DNA from: a virus
Reading direction: 5' to 3' (one strand)
IMG/VR virus record: IMGVR_UViG_3300045988_093873
Length of the DNA stretch: 36,919 nt
Part shown: positions 17,041-23,790 of the stretch, piece by piece
How positions within the stretch are numbered: the stretch's first letter is position 1
How the letters are laid out: each line of letters starts with the position of its first letter
Position numbers and translations under genes: made by a program
Notes under the pieces: generated by a model
What the model was told of the DNA's origin: nothing
Database searches by the model: none
Seen by the model: only the letters and a program-made list of their open reading frames with translations

Positions 17041-17086
17041 AAGTAAGCAACAGGGGCTTTCGTTCCCCTGCTTTTTCGGCTTACTT
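17041..17086. other. Nested stem-loop upstream of rep (candidate origin/regulatory hairpin or terminator)
   Basis: AAGTAAGC(17041-48)-aa-CAGGGG(17051-56)-ctttcgtt-CCCCTG(17065-70)-ctttttcg-GCTTACTT(17079-86). There is no U-tract in the minus (transcribed) sense. Confidence 0.4.
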
Positions 17087-17123
17087 TCATTAACTTTTCA
17101 AGGATCCGGTGTTGCCTTTTAGT

Positions 17124-17471
17124 TTACATAATACCTTTGTTATTCTTAACTGATTCGCGCCATGCTTTTGCAGCCGCTTCGCTCATGTTCTTGTTGATTG
17201 TTTCTGTCTGCACTTCCCAGCCAACTCCGTTAATAATTTTTCTCGCGCAATCTTCCGCTTCCGGATTCGTTTTTTTAATTGTCTGTGCCAATGTCTCCAA
17301 CGCATTGATTAAGAACGGAAGATCTCCCACCGGAGTTGGAAAAATAAAATCGGAAATTTCGTTCAGCCACATCTGCTGTCGTATTCCGCATAGTGTTCTT
17401 GTTTCTTCTTCTCCTGCTGTTTTGATTTTTTCCATAAATTCTCCGAATCCTTTATAGTCTGTTTTTAACAT
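17124..17471 (-). CDS. Hypothetical protein
   Basis: ATG at 17471 follows AAGGAGGATTGAAG. The product is 115 aa. Confidence 0.5.
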   Translation of the reverse strand: MLKTDYKGFGEFMEKIKTAGEEETRTLCGIRQQMWLNEISDFIFPTPVGDLPFLINALETLAQTIKKTNPEAEDCARKIINGVGWEVQTETINKNMSEAAAKAWRESVKNNKGIM

Positions 17472-17510
17472 CTTCAATCCTCCTTGACATTTCCCCATAT
17501 TTTCTTTATA

Positions 17511-17732
17511 CTATTTGAAAAGGTTGTTTTTTCTTTTTGCTCTCACGTTGGCGGACGTGAGGGCTTTTTTCATGTCCTGTATCCTCTCCTCAATCCAGAT
17601 CAGGCCGGAGAGGATACAGAAAGATACTGCAAATGTCAGGATGATTTCCTGCATTCTGCTGCCAATCATCCAGATCGGCAGCATAGAAACCAGGTACCCG
17701 GATACCAATGAAATTATTATTTTTCGTTCCAT
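17511..17732 (-). CDS. Small membrane protein (two predicted TM helices)
   Basis: The hydrophobic segments are IIISLVSGYLVSMLPIWMIG and IILTFAVSFCILSGLIWI. Confidence 0.5.
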   Translation of the reverse strand: MERKIIISLVSGYLVSMLPIWMIGSRMQEIILTFAVSFCILSGLIWIEERIQDMKKALTSANVRAKRKNNLFK

Positions 17733-17761
17733 TTCTTATCTCCTTATGTAGTTGTCATAGT

Positions 17762-17893
17762 TCAAGCTGTTTCCTCTTTTTCTTTTGGCTTTTCCTTCAC
17801 CTTTACGGTGATCTCAACGCCATGCTTCTTTGAGAGGATCGCGGCAAGAGTTTCGTAGAACCTTACCGTGTTAAATGTTCCTTGTGTTTCCAT
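17762..17893 (-). CDS. Small hypothetical protein (43 aa)
   Basis: Below the ORF-track cutoff. ATG at 17893 follows GGAGGGGGAAGAAG. The translation is METQGTFNTVRFYETLAAILSKKHGVEITVKVKEKPKEKEETA. Confidence 0.4.
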   Translation of the reverse strand: METQGTFNTVRFYETLAAILSKKHGVEITVKVKEKPKEKEETA

Positions 17894-17906
17894 CTTCTTC
17901 CCCCTC

Positions 17907-18512
17907 CTAAAACTCAAATTCTACTGCAGGAGCTGTCGGCATTGGTGTATATCCGCCAGCCAGCTCCAGGCGTCTTATTGCTTTGCGTCGGCTTGCTTCG
18001 CTGTTGTCCCAGGCATATTCGTATCCATCCGGAGCCGGTCCGCGTTTTGTTTTCCCGTTACAACGATCAGTGATAGCTTGTCGACTCAAAAAATTCTTTT
18101 TCGCTGCTTCTCTCGCAGATCTGTAATATTCCACATCCTGTCCGCAACTGTCCAATTTCACGACTATTTTATTTCTGGAACTGTAACCGGTCAGCTTTCC
18201 AAGTTCCTGTCTGGGTATGTATGCTATATTGTTTATGTGATTCTCAGACTGCATTCCGTTCTTATGATACGGAACCGCACCGTCAGGAACAGGTCCTAAA
18301 AACGTCCTTGCAATCAGGGAGAGAACTATCTCCTCTTTCGCTTTTCCGTCTTTTGTGAGCTTCACAACCAGGCGCTGACTCCCTTTCATTTTTTTGTGAT
18401 AGGGAGTCATGCTGCGAAACTGTCCGGATTTCAAAGTTCTCCGGATGTTCCCCTCTGTGCTCGCCTGGTATTTGCCGTCATATCCTGGAATATCTTTCCA
18501 TCTTTCAATCAA
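17907..18512 (-). CDS. Free-standing HNH homing endonuclease (NUMOD4 / HNH_3 type with a C-terminal helix-turn-helix module)
   Basis: IERWKDIPGYDGKYQASTEGNIR is NUMOD4-like. It also has VPYHKNG...NHINNI and a C-terminal ...YYRSAREAAKKNFLSRQAITDRCNGK. I chose TTG at 18512, 6 nt after AAGGGAGGG. Confidence 0.7.
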   Translation of the reverse strand: MIERWKDIPGYDGKYQASTEGNIRRTLKSGQFRSMTPYHKKMKGSQRLVVKLTKDGKAKEEIVLSLIARTFLGPVPDGAVPYHKNGMQSENHINNIAYIPRQELGKLTGYSSRNKIVVKLDSCGQDVEYYRSAREAAKKNFLSRQAITDRCNGKTKRGPAPDGYEYAWDNSEASRRKAIRRLELAGGYTPMPTAPAVEFEF

Positions 18513-18525
18513 GGTCGTCCCTCCC

Positions 18526-18696
18526 TTATGCCGGCTTTTTCTGAGCCGACATGCTTGCACCCACCTTGACGCCTTTCAGGAATGTATCCATCAGTGTCTG
18601 CTTTGTGATGTTTACAGACTTCAAAAATGTCGTTAATTCTTCTGCTTCGGCTTTGTCTTCCATGTTCAACATTACTTCCATGTTCTTCTGTGACAT
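18526..18696 (-). CDS. Small hypothetical protein (56 aa)
   Basis: Below the ORF-track cutoff. ATG at 18696 lies ~10 nt after GAGGAG. Its stop TAA overlaps the RBS of the homing-endonuclease gene. Confidence 0.35.
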   Translation of the reverse strand: MSQKNMEVMLNMEDKAEAEELTTFLKSVNITKQTLMDTFLKGVKVGASMSAQKKPA

Positions 18697-18829
18697 ATCT
18701 TTCATCTCCTCTTCTTTATAAATTTTTAATCAGATTGTCGAACGAATCTGATTGATTATTTTGACTTCCACCCCTATTCTGTAAATACAGGATGTTTTTA
18801 CATCCGAGTACACAGAAAGGAGCAAACAG

Positions 18830-19159
18830 ATGTTACTTACAAAACAGGACAAACAGATTTTATACAAACTGTATTCTGAATATCTGAACCGTAGAAAAAC
18901 CGGTTTATCAATTTCAGAATCCAGCAACTTTGTTTCCGGAAGATCTGTCCATGAAAATTTCTTCCCTGAAATGTCTTATGAGGATATAGATCATTCTTTA
19001 AGACAGCTCGGCAAGAACAATTATTTGAAAAACACGTACGCAGATAACGAAGTCTATCATTGTGTTCTTTCAAATGATGCAATTGCTTACATGGAAGATC
19101 TTCCCAAAGAAACTTTTTTATCTGTAGCTGACTTTGTTTCCAAGTTTATTCCTTGGTAA
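18830..19159 (+). CDS. YjcQ-like (winged-helix?) protein; plus-strand moron inside the minus-strand early block
   Basis: The RBS is strong (AAGGAGCAAACAG before the ATG). The 109-aa product has a YjcQ-like layout (ILYKLYSEYL...SYEDIDHSLRQLGKNNYL...LSNDAIAYME). It converges on and overlaps the DUF2829 gene by 14 nt. Confidence 0.4.
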   Translation: MLLTKQDKQILYKLYSEYLNRRKTGLSISESSNFVSGRSVHENFFPEMSYEDIDHSLRQLGKNNYLKNTYADNEVYHCVLSNDAIAYMEDLPKETFLSVADFVSKFIPW

Positions 19160-19361
19160 CTAATTCCCAATCGTCAGCCAGCAGATCATTGGCCGTTGGA
19201 TTCCAGCATCTTGCAGGCTGTTGTTTCTCATCTTTTGGAATGAGATAACAGCAGTCGCTGGAATCTGTTGGAAAAATACTAAAGCCGAAATCACGCAAAC
19301 CCATTCTTGTGATCGGCTTCTTTTCTTTCAGCGCTTTTTCTACCGCTTCATAGATTTTCAT
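19146..19361 (-). CDS. DUF2829 (MW1434/Tad2-like) small protein, first gene of the early leftward operon
   Basis: 71 aa. The N-terminal YEAVEKALKEKKPITRMG and C-terminal CWNPTANDLLADDWELV match the DUF2829 pattern (G-K-x-I/V-x-R ... W-x-P-x(3)-D-L-L-A-x-D-W). Confidence 0.5.
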   Translation of the reverse strand: MKIYEAVEKALKEKKPITRMGLRDFGFSIFPTDSSDCCYLIPKDEKQQPARCWNPTANDLLADDWELVTKE

Positions 19362-19395
19362 TGTCCTTCATCTCCTTTTCTCTTAACTTAGTTAT

Positions 19396-19424
19396 ACATT
19401 ATCATGTCTTAGTTATACTGTCAA
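19396..19424 (-). promoter_or_regulatory. Early leftward promoter (-35 TTGACA, 17-nt spacer, -10 TAATGT)
   Basis: The minus-sense sequence is TTGACA-gtataactaagacatga-TAATGT. O2 lies in the spacer and O1 lies just downstream of the -10. Confidence 0.6.
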
Positions 19425-19455
19425 CACTTTTTTCATAACTCAGTTATGTTTTATA

Positions 19456-19484
19456 TTGACTATTAATATTCTTTTTGTTATACT
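19456..19484 (+). promoter_or_regulatory. Repressor promoter (-35 TTGACT, 17-nt spacer, -10 TATACT)
   Basis: The sequence is TTGACT-attaatattctttttgt-TATACT. O4 abuts the -10 and O3 lies upstream of the -35. Confidence 0.6.
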
Positions 19485-19519
19485 TAACTCAGTTAAGGGA
19501 GGTGAACGAGATTAGTACT

Positions 19520-19948
19520 ATGCAAGAAAGAATTGCCTTACTAATAGAAGAGTCAGGCATGACCAAAACCGCATTTGCTCAAAAATTAAATATTACTCAA
19601 CCATACGTGAGCAAACTCTTAAAGACAGGAAGTCCCAGTGACCGACTAATCGAAGATATTTGTGAAAAATTCGAAATAAGTGAAGAATGGTTGCGAAACG
19701 GCACAGAGCCTATGCACATACAACCAGAAACATTCAGTCTTGATGAATTTGCCGCGCAGCATAATGCGACAGATCTTGAAAAGGAAATCATTAAGACTTA
19801 TTTTGAAATCGATCCAGCGATCCGGAGACAGATCCTGAATCACTTTAAAGAGAATCTTATGGGTGCTGGTGGTGCTCCAGACAGCCCAGAAGAATTAGAA
19901 ATTATGCACCCACCTGTTACAGGTGATGAAAATTCAAATGCTGGGTGA
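19520..19948 (+). CDS. XRE-family HTH repressor (cI-like, no S24 peptidase domain)
   Basis: MQERIALLIEESGMTKTAFAQKLNITQPYVSKLLK is a classic HTH_XRE. I chose ATG at 19520 because the ORF-track TTG at 19475 lies upstream of the promoter -10. Confidence 0.8.
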   Translation: MQERIALLIEESGMTKTAFAQKLNITQPYVSKLLKTGSPSDRLIEDICEKFEISEEWLRNGTEPMHIQPETFSLDEFAAQHNATDLEKEIIKTYFEIDPAIRRQILNHFKENLMGAGGAPDSPEELEIMHPPVTGDENSNAG

Positions 19949-19960
19949 AACACACCCAGC
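19940..19960 (+). terminator. Stem-loop overlapping the repressor stop codon (weak terminator candidate)
   Basis: GCTGGGTG-aaaca-CACCCAGC with no clear T-tract. A third arm, cagctgggtg, recurs at about 20124-20133. Confidence 0.3.
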
Positions 19961-20203
19961 TGCAACTAACTATTTAAGTATTATGATTTGAGTTCCCCAT
20001 TTAAAGTTAAGATTAATATATATAGTATTGTTGCTGTGATAATACAAAGCGTATATTTTGCAGTTGCCATAATGTATGTATTTTCTTTTCATCATTGTTC
20101 CCACACCTTCCCGTTATTAGTAACAGCTGGGTGCAGGAAACATTATAAAGTGGAGGTTCGTCATAATACTACCGGTAAATTTTTCCATTTAAGGAGGCAC
20201 TAC

Positions 20204-20701
20204 ATGAGAAAGAAAATGCTCGCTCTGCTGCTGTGTGGAATTATGGCAGCTTCTCCGGCTCCTGTATGGGCCAGCTCCAAAAATGTTGCCGATCAAGACC
20301 AGACAGTAGATTCTGCTGACAATCTTTTATCCGGTTACACTTTGGACGGTCTTCAATCCTTGTATTTGTCAATCACGCCTGATATGTCATACTCAGACGT
20401 TGTTCTATTGATAGAAGATAGCGAACTCCCGTATTCAGAAGAAAAATACAATGGCAGTCGTGAATTGCAGGTTGCTTTTACAGACGGATGTACAGCTCAG
20501 AAATATAAAAAGGAATCTGGTGACTATTTAACAATCTCTTTTAATTATGCGGAAGGAGAGAATAGTTCAAATGACGTTCTTTCCAAATACAGTTTAAGCT
20601 CCTGTATATATTGTCCTGAATCTGGTCCTACTTTGATTAGTCTTTCTGATGGTCATTATTTTTCTTATAATGAACCAGGAAATATACAGTTATGTGTTTA
20701 G
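20204..20701 (+). CDS. Secreted or lipid-anchored protein (lysogeny-module moron)
   Basis: ATG at 20204 follows AAGGAGG. The signal peptide is MRKKMLALLLCGIMAASPAPVWA|SS. The LLLC lipobox is imperfect, so an SPase I site is as likely. Confidence 0.6.
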   Translation: MRKKMLALLLCGIMAASPAPVWASSKNVADQDQTVDSADNLLSGYTLDGLQSLYLSITPDMSYSDVVLLIEDSELPYSEEKYNGSRELQVAFTDGCTAQKYKKESGDYLTISFNYAEGENSSNDVLSKYSLSSCIYCPESGPTLISLSDGHYFSYNEPGNIQLCV

Positions 20702-21248
20702 TGGCTTGCTTCGCTGCGCTCACTGTGGTCAGGCTTTTTCTGGATTTACACAAAAAGCAAAGAAAAAAGCCGGTGGTTTTTACAAATATCCGTACTACAA
20801 ATGTCATGGGGCTTATCCTAATAAGCGTTGTATCAACCGTAAGATGGTTCCCGAATCATATATAGAAAAATACCTGCTTATAAATGTCAAAGATCTCCTG
20901 CAGGAGCATATTGCAGAATATGAGATTGCAAGTGCAAAGATTGTTGATTATGATTCCCGGAGAGCTACACTTCTGAAAAAAATTGATAAACTGAAAGATC
21001 TGTACATAAACGACATAATCACCATGGATGAATTAAAAATGGATAAAGAGAAATATATGAAAGAATTGGAAGATCTCCCACGCAACCAGAATCAGAAAGA
21101 TCTAGCTCCAATCAAAAAGCTCTTGAAAATGGATCTTGATTCGATATATAAGACGTTGGAACCGGCAGAACGCCGTCAGCTCTGGAGATCTGTCATTAAA
21201 GAAATTCAAATTGACGATCATAAGAATTTAAAGATTATTTTTTTATGA
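20649..21248 (+). pseudogene. Large serine recombinase, C-terminal fragment only (zinc-ribbon + coiled-coil); the catalytic resolvase and recombinase domains are missing
   Basis: From about 20691 the product is YVFSGLLRCAHCGQAF...YYKCHG...C, followed by a coiled coil (LKKIDKLKDLYINDIITMDELKMDKEKY). There is no RBS, and no S-x-x-Q catalytic N-terminal domain appears anywhere in the window. The 5' end overlaps the moron gene. Confidence 0.65.
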
Positions 21249-21256
21249 CTTTTTTA

Positions 21257-21302
21257 TAGTAGTAACTGATAGTAACCTGTTGGTTATTCACAGTTACTAC
21301 TA
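21257..21302. other. 46-bp imperfect palindrome just after the recombinase stump (attP-like core candidate)
   Basis: TAGTAGTAACTG (21257-68) and CAGTTACTACTA (21291-302) form a perfect 12-bp inverted repeat. The inner TAACC/GGTTA arms flank a central tgtt. Confidence 0.4.
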
Positions 21303-21310
21303 CTAAATAC

Positions 21311-21338
21311 AGCTCCTGATTATTTCAGGAGCTTTTTG
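21311..21338. terminator. Bidirectional rho-independent terminator between the convergent endolysin and recombinase-stump genes
   Basis: AGCTCCTGA-ttatt-TCAGGAGCT (9-bp stem), followed by TTTTTG on the plus strand. Confidence 0.7.
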
Positions 21339-21342
21339 TTTA

Positions 21343-22785
21343 TCAAATTGCAATCAGATCTTTCCATGTTGCCGGTCCGCATACTCCATCAACTTCAAGG
21401 ACTCCATTTCTGTCTTTCTGGTATGCTTTAAGTGCATAGATTGTATTGTCCCCAGCTTCTCTGTCTAAAGACAGTGGTTTGCTGTTTCTTCCTTTGTATC
21501 CTCTTGCAATAAGAATCTCCTGCAAGAGTAGTACAGATGTTCCTTTGCTTCCTAACTGTACAGTTTCTGGTGTGAACATATATTTTCCCCCTGTCGGTGT
21601 CGTTTTGATTGTTGATTTGTCGGTATCAGTAGTTAATGTAGTAAAGTCAATACCATTACCCGTAAATCTCAAACGGTGAGTCCATCCGTGACTATACAGA
21701 TACCACGGCTGAGTTCTGATCTCATTACCACTGTTGTCTTTTGTGTCGGTTGTCCCCTCAGATGATCTGGCATGTACAATGTTGTCCTTATCAATAGCCA
21801 CGGCAACATGATAAGTCGTATTCAGTTCAAGATCGCCTTTCTGCATCTGACTGTGTGCAGTCTGGTTTCTTGCTACAATCTCGAAACCGCAGTTACACAT
21901 ATTCAGCATATTGCCCGTATAACTACAATGTTCTTTCAGGTATCTTGCCTGCGCGGTCAGTCCATTTTTCAGGAACGCATAGTAATATGCTGTACACGCC
22001 AGACTTGAGCAGTCAAATGATTTAGGATCATTAATCTCATACAGACTTCTGATTCTCTGACTGTAACCATGTTCATTATCATTCGCAATGTTTACCGCAA
22101 ATTCAATTGCATCATTGATGATATTCTGAATGATCTGTGCTTTTGTTTTCTTCACTGCCCCTTCCACCTCACTCTCATTTTTTATATCAGTGGTATAGTC
22201 TTTATAAAAAATATTCCGGTCTACGCTTCCGGTAATACCCGGAATCTTTGCTTTGCTTGAATATTGCCAGCCAATCCCGGCAGATGGTTTCAATCTTTCC
22301 TGCATGGTTCCATCATCCTGTGACGGATATGCTGCCAGCCAACAGTCATATTCCTTTGCATCTTCCGGCAATTTCATTTTGTACCAGTAATAGCCACAAT
22401 AAATGCCAAACTTGTACCCGGCTCTGATAACAATATCATGAAAAGTGTTAATCATCTGCATCATCAGATTCTGTGATAAATTTTCCTGGCATTTATTTTC
22501 AATATCTAAAAATATTGGATAATCCAGTTTTCTCTGTTTCAATACATTTATCACTGTTTCCGCTTCATATTTGATTTCAGAAATATTTGTAGCGTAACTG
22601 TATTTATATACACCCACAGGAATGTTATGAGTTATACAGCCTGCATAATTTCTTTCAAAAGAGCTGTCCGTTTTGTTACCTTTTTCTGTGATTCTAAGGA
22701 TAGCAAAACCCATCCCATAATTTGCTACTTTCTGCCAGTCGATCGCGCCATTCCACGACGAAACGTCAATTCCTTTGATTTCCAT
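21343..22785 (-). CDS. Endolysin with three domains: GH25 muramidase + NlpC/P60-like peptidase + PG_binding_1
   Basis: ATG at 22785 follows GGAGGTAAAT. IKGIDVSSWNGAIDWQKV is GH25. FDCSSLAC...KGDLE...YHVAVAI...VHA is NlpC/P60-like with a Cys-His arrangement. The C-terminal GSKGTSVLLLQEIL...VDGVCGPATWKDL is a peptidoglycan-binding domain. Confidence 0.8.
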   Translation of the reverse strand: MEIKGIDVSSWNGAIDWQKVANYGMGFAILRITEKGNKTDSSFERNYAGCITHNIPVGVYKYSYATNISEIKYEAETVINVLKQRKLDYPIFLDIENKCQENLSQNLMMQMINTFHDIVIRAGYKFGIYCGYYWYKMKLPEDAKEYDCWLAAYPSQDDGTMQERLKPSAGIGWQYSSKAKIPGITGSVDRNIFYKDYTTDIKNESEVEGAVKKTKAQIIQNIINDAIEFAVNIANDNEHGYSQRIRSLYEINDPKSFDCSSLACTAYYYAFLKNGLTAQARYLKEHCSYTGNMLNMCNCGFEIVARNQTAHSQMQKGDLELNTTYHVAVAIDKDNIVHARSSEGTTDTKDNSGNEIRTQPWYLYSHGWTHRLRFTGNGIDFTTLTTDTDKSTIKTTPTGGKYMFTPETVQLGSKGTSVLLLQEILIARGYKGRNSKPLSLDREAGDNTIYALKAYQKDRNGVLEVDGVCGPATWKDLIAI

Positions 22786-22831
22786 ATTTACCTCCAGAAA
22801 AAAGCCCGGCATTATACCGGGCTGTGCAAAA

Positions 22832-23095
22832 TTATTTTGTTCCATCAGAAAACAAGTTGTTCAGGTTTTCGTCCGCCTCTACTTCCGGGATTCCTGCGAC
22901 GCTTGTGAGCAGACTTACAACTCCGGCCACTACTGCAGATGATACAACCATCTTCCAGTCCACTGCAGAGATCACACTTCCGGCTCCGATCACGCCCACT
23001 GCAGTCTGTGCCATTGTCTTTACTGCTCTGATTCCTGCTTTCTTCCACCATTTCACTGTGTCTACGCTTGGCTTAAATACGCAATTTTTAAACAT
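22832..23095 (-). CDS. Holin
   Basis: ATG at 23095 follows AAGGAGGAGCAAA. The 87-aa product has RAVKTMAQTAVGVIGAG...VVAGVVSLLTSVAG hydrophobic helices and lies immediately upstream of the endolysin. Confidence 0.7.
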   Translation of the reverse strand: MFKNCVFKPSVDTVKWWKKAGIRAVKTMAQTAVGVIGAGSVISAVDWKMVVSSAVVAGVVSLLTSVAGIPEVEADENLNNLFSDGTK

Positions 23096-23106
23096 TTTGC
23101 TCCTCC

Positions 23107-23586
23107 TTATAATCCAAACTGTTTTGCAATAATTCCAACTGCAATACCTAATATAGCTGTTAATAAGTAACTTGTTACTGTCCGCCACTTTTCCCCGTCT
23201 CTTGACTCAAGAGCTTCCAGTCTTGCGCTCTGCTGTCCCTGCTCTTTCACCATGTTCTCCATGTTGTTTGCAAGCGTCTGTACAGATGTAACTAATTCCT
23301 GGAGCTGTTGAACACTGTTTTCCAGAATTTCAATCCGTCTGTTCTGTCGGTTGTCTTCTTCCTCAATTCTTTTGCGGAACTCCTCATGTTCTGCTCTTGA
23401 AATCTGTTCATTTTCCATGCTTATTTCCTCATCATCTACGTCTGCATATTTGCGGCAGGAATACTCAATTATATCTAAATCCTGCTGTATATCCTCCAGA
23501 GGTTTTGCTTTCTCTTTATCTTTAATATACAGCAGTAAATCATAAATAGAAGACCATTGCCTGCTAATAATTTGTAATTTAGTCAT
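23107..23586 (-). CDS. xhlA: XhlA-like haemolysin/holin-associated protein
   Basis: A coiled coil (RIEILENSVQQLQELV...RLEALESRDGEKWRTV) is followed by a C-terminal TM helix (SYLLTAILGIAVGIIA). The N-terminal extension makes the start uncertain. Confidence 0.6.
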   Translation of the reverse strand: MTKLQIISRQWSSIYDLLLYIKDKEKAKPLEDIQQDLDIIEYSCRKYADVDDEEISMENEQISRAEHEEFRKRIEEEDNRQNRRIEILENSVQQLQELVTSVQTLANNMENMVKEQGQQSARLEALESRDGEKWRTVTSYLLTAILGIAVGIIAKQFGL

Positions 23587-23595
23587 GCTTCCCGA

Positions 23596-23790
23596 TTACT
23601 CAGTAATTTCCTCCATGCCTGCATCAATAAGGAGTTTTTTTACCTTTTCTTTTAACAGACGTGGAACTCTGTTATATTCCTCTTTTGCTTCTTCAATAGT
23701 ATCTTTACTTAAAATTTCAGTAACCCATAATTTTGCCATCATTTCTTTATCTCCTTTGCTCAATAACATTATAATTAAATTTCTACGCAT
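23596..23790 (-). CDS. XkdX-like small protein
   Basis: 64 aa with ...EEYNRVPRLLKEKVKKLL. Size and position between the fibre genes and xhlA match the PBSX xkdX slot. Confidence 0.4.
   Translation of the reverse strand: MRRNLIIMLLSKGDKEMMAKLWVTEILSKDTIEEAKEEYNRVPRLLKEKVKKLLIDAGMEEITE

Larger units (their letters stand above)
19383..19496. promoter_or_regulatory. Genetic-switch region with four 13-bp operators, (A/T)TAAC-N3-GTTA(T/A)
   Basis: O1 is ttaacttagttat (19383-95). O2 is atgtcttagttat (19404-16, with a degenerate left half). O3 is ataactcagttat (19435-47, perfect dyad). O4 is ttaactcagttaa (19484-96, perfect dyad). Confidence 0.7.

Noticed and set aside
19475-19519. The ORF-track TTG start (19475) for the repressor.
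   Set aside because: That codon lies upstream of the -10 (TATACT, 19479-84) of the promoter that must drive the gene. ATG at 19520 follows GGAGG and begins a canonical XRE HTH.
19988-20203. The 72-codon N-terminal extension of the 237-aa plus-strand ORF.
   Set aside because: The region is AT-rich with no RBS. The internal ATG at 20204 has AAGGAGG upstream and opens directly with a signal peptide.
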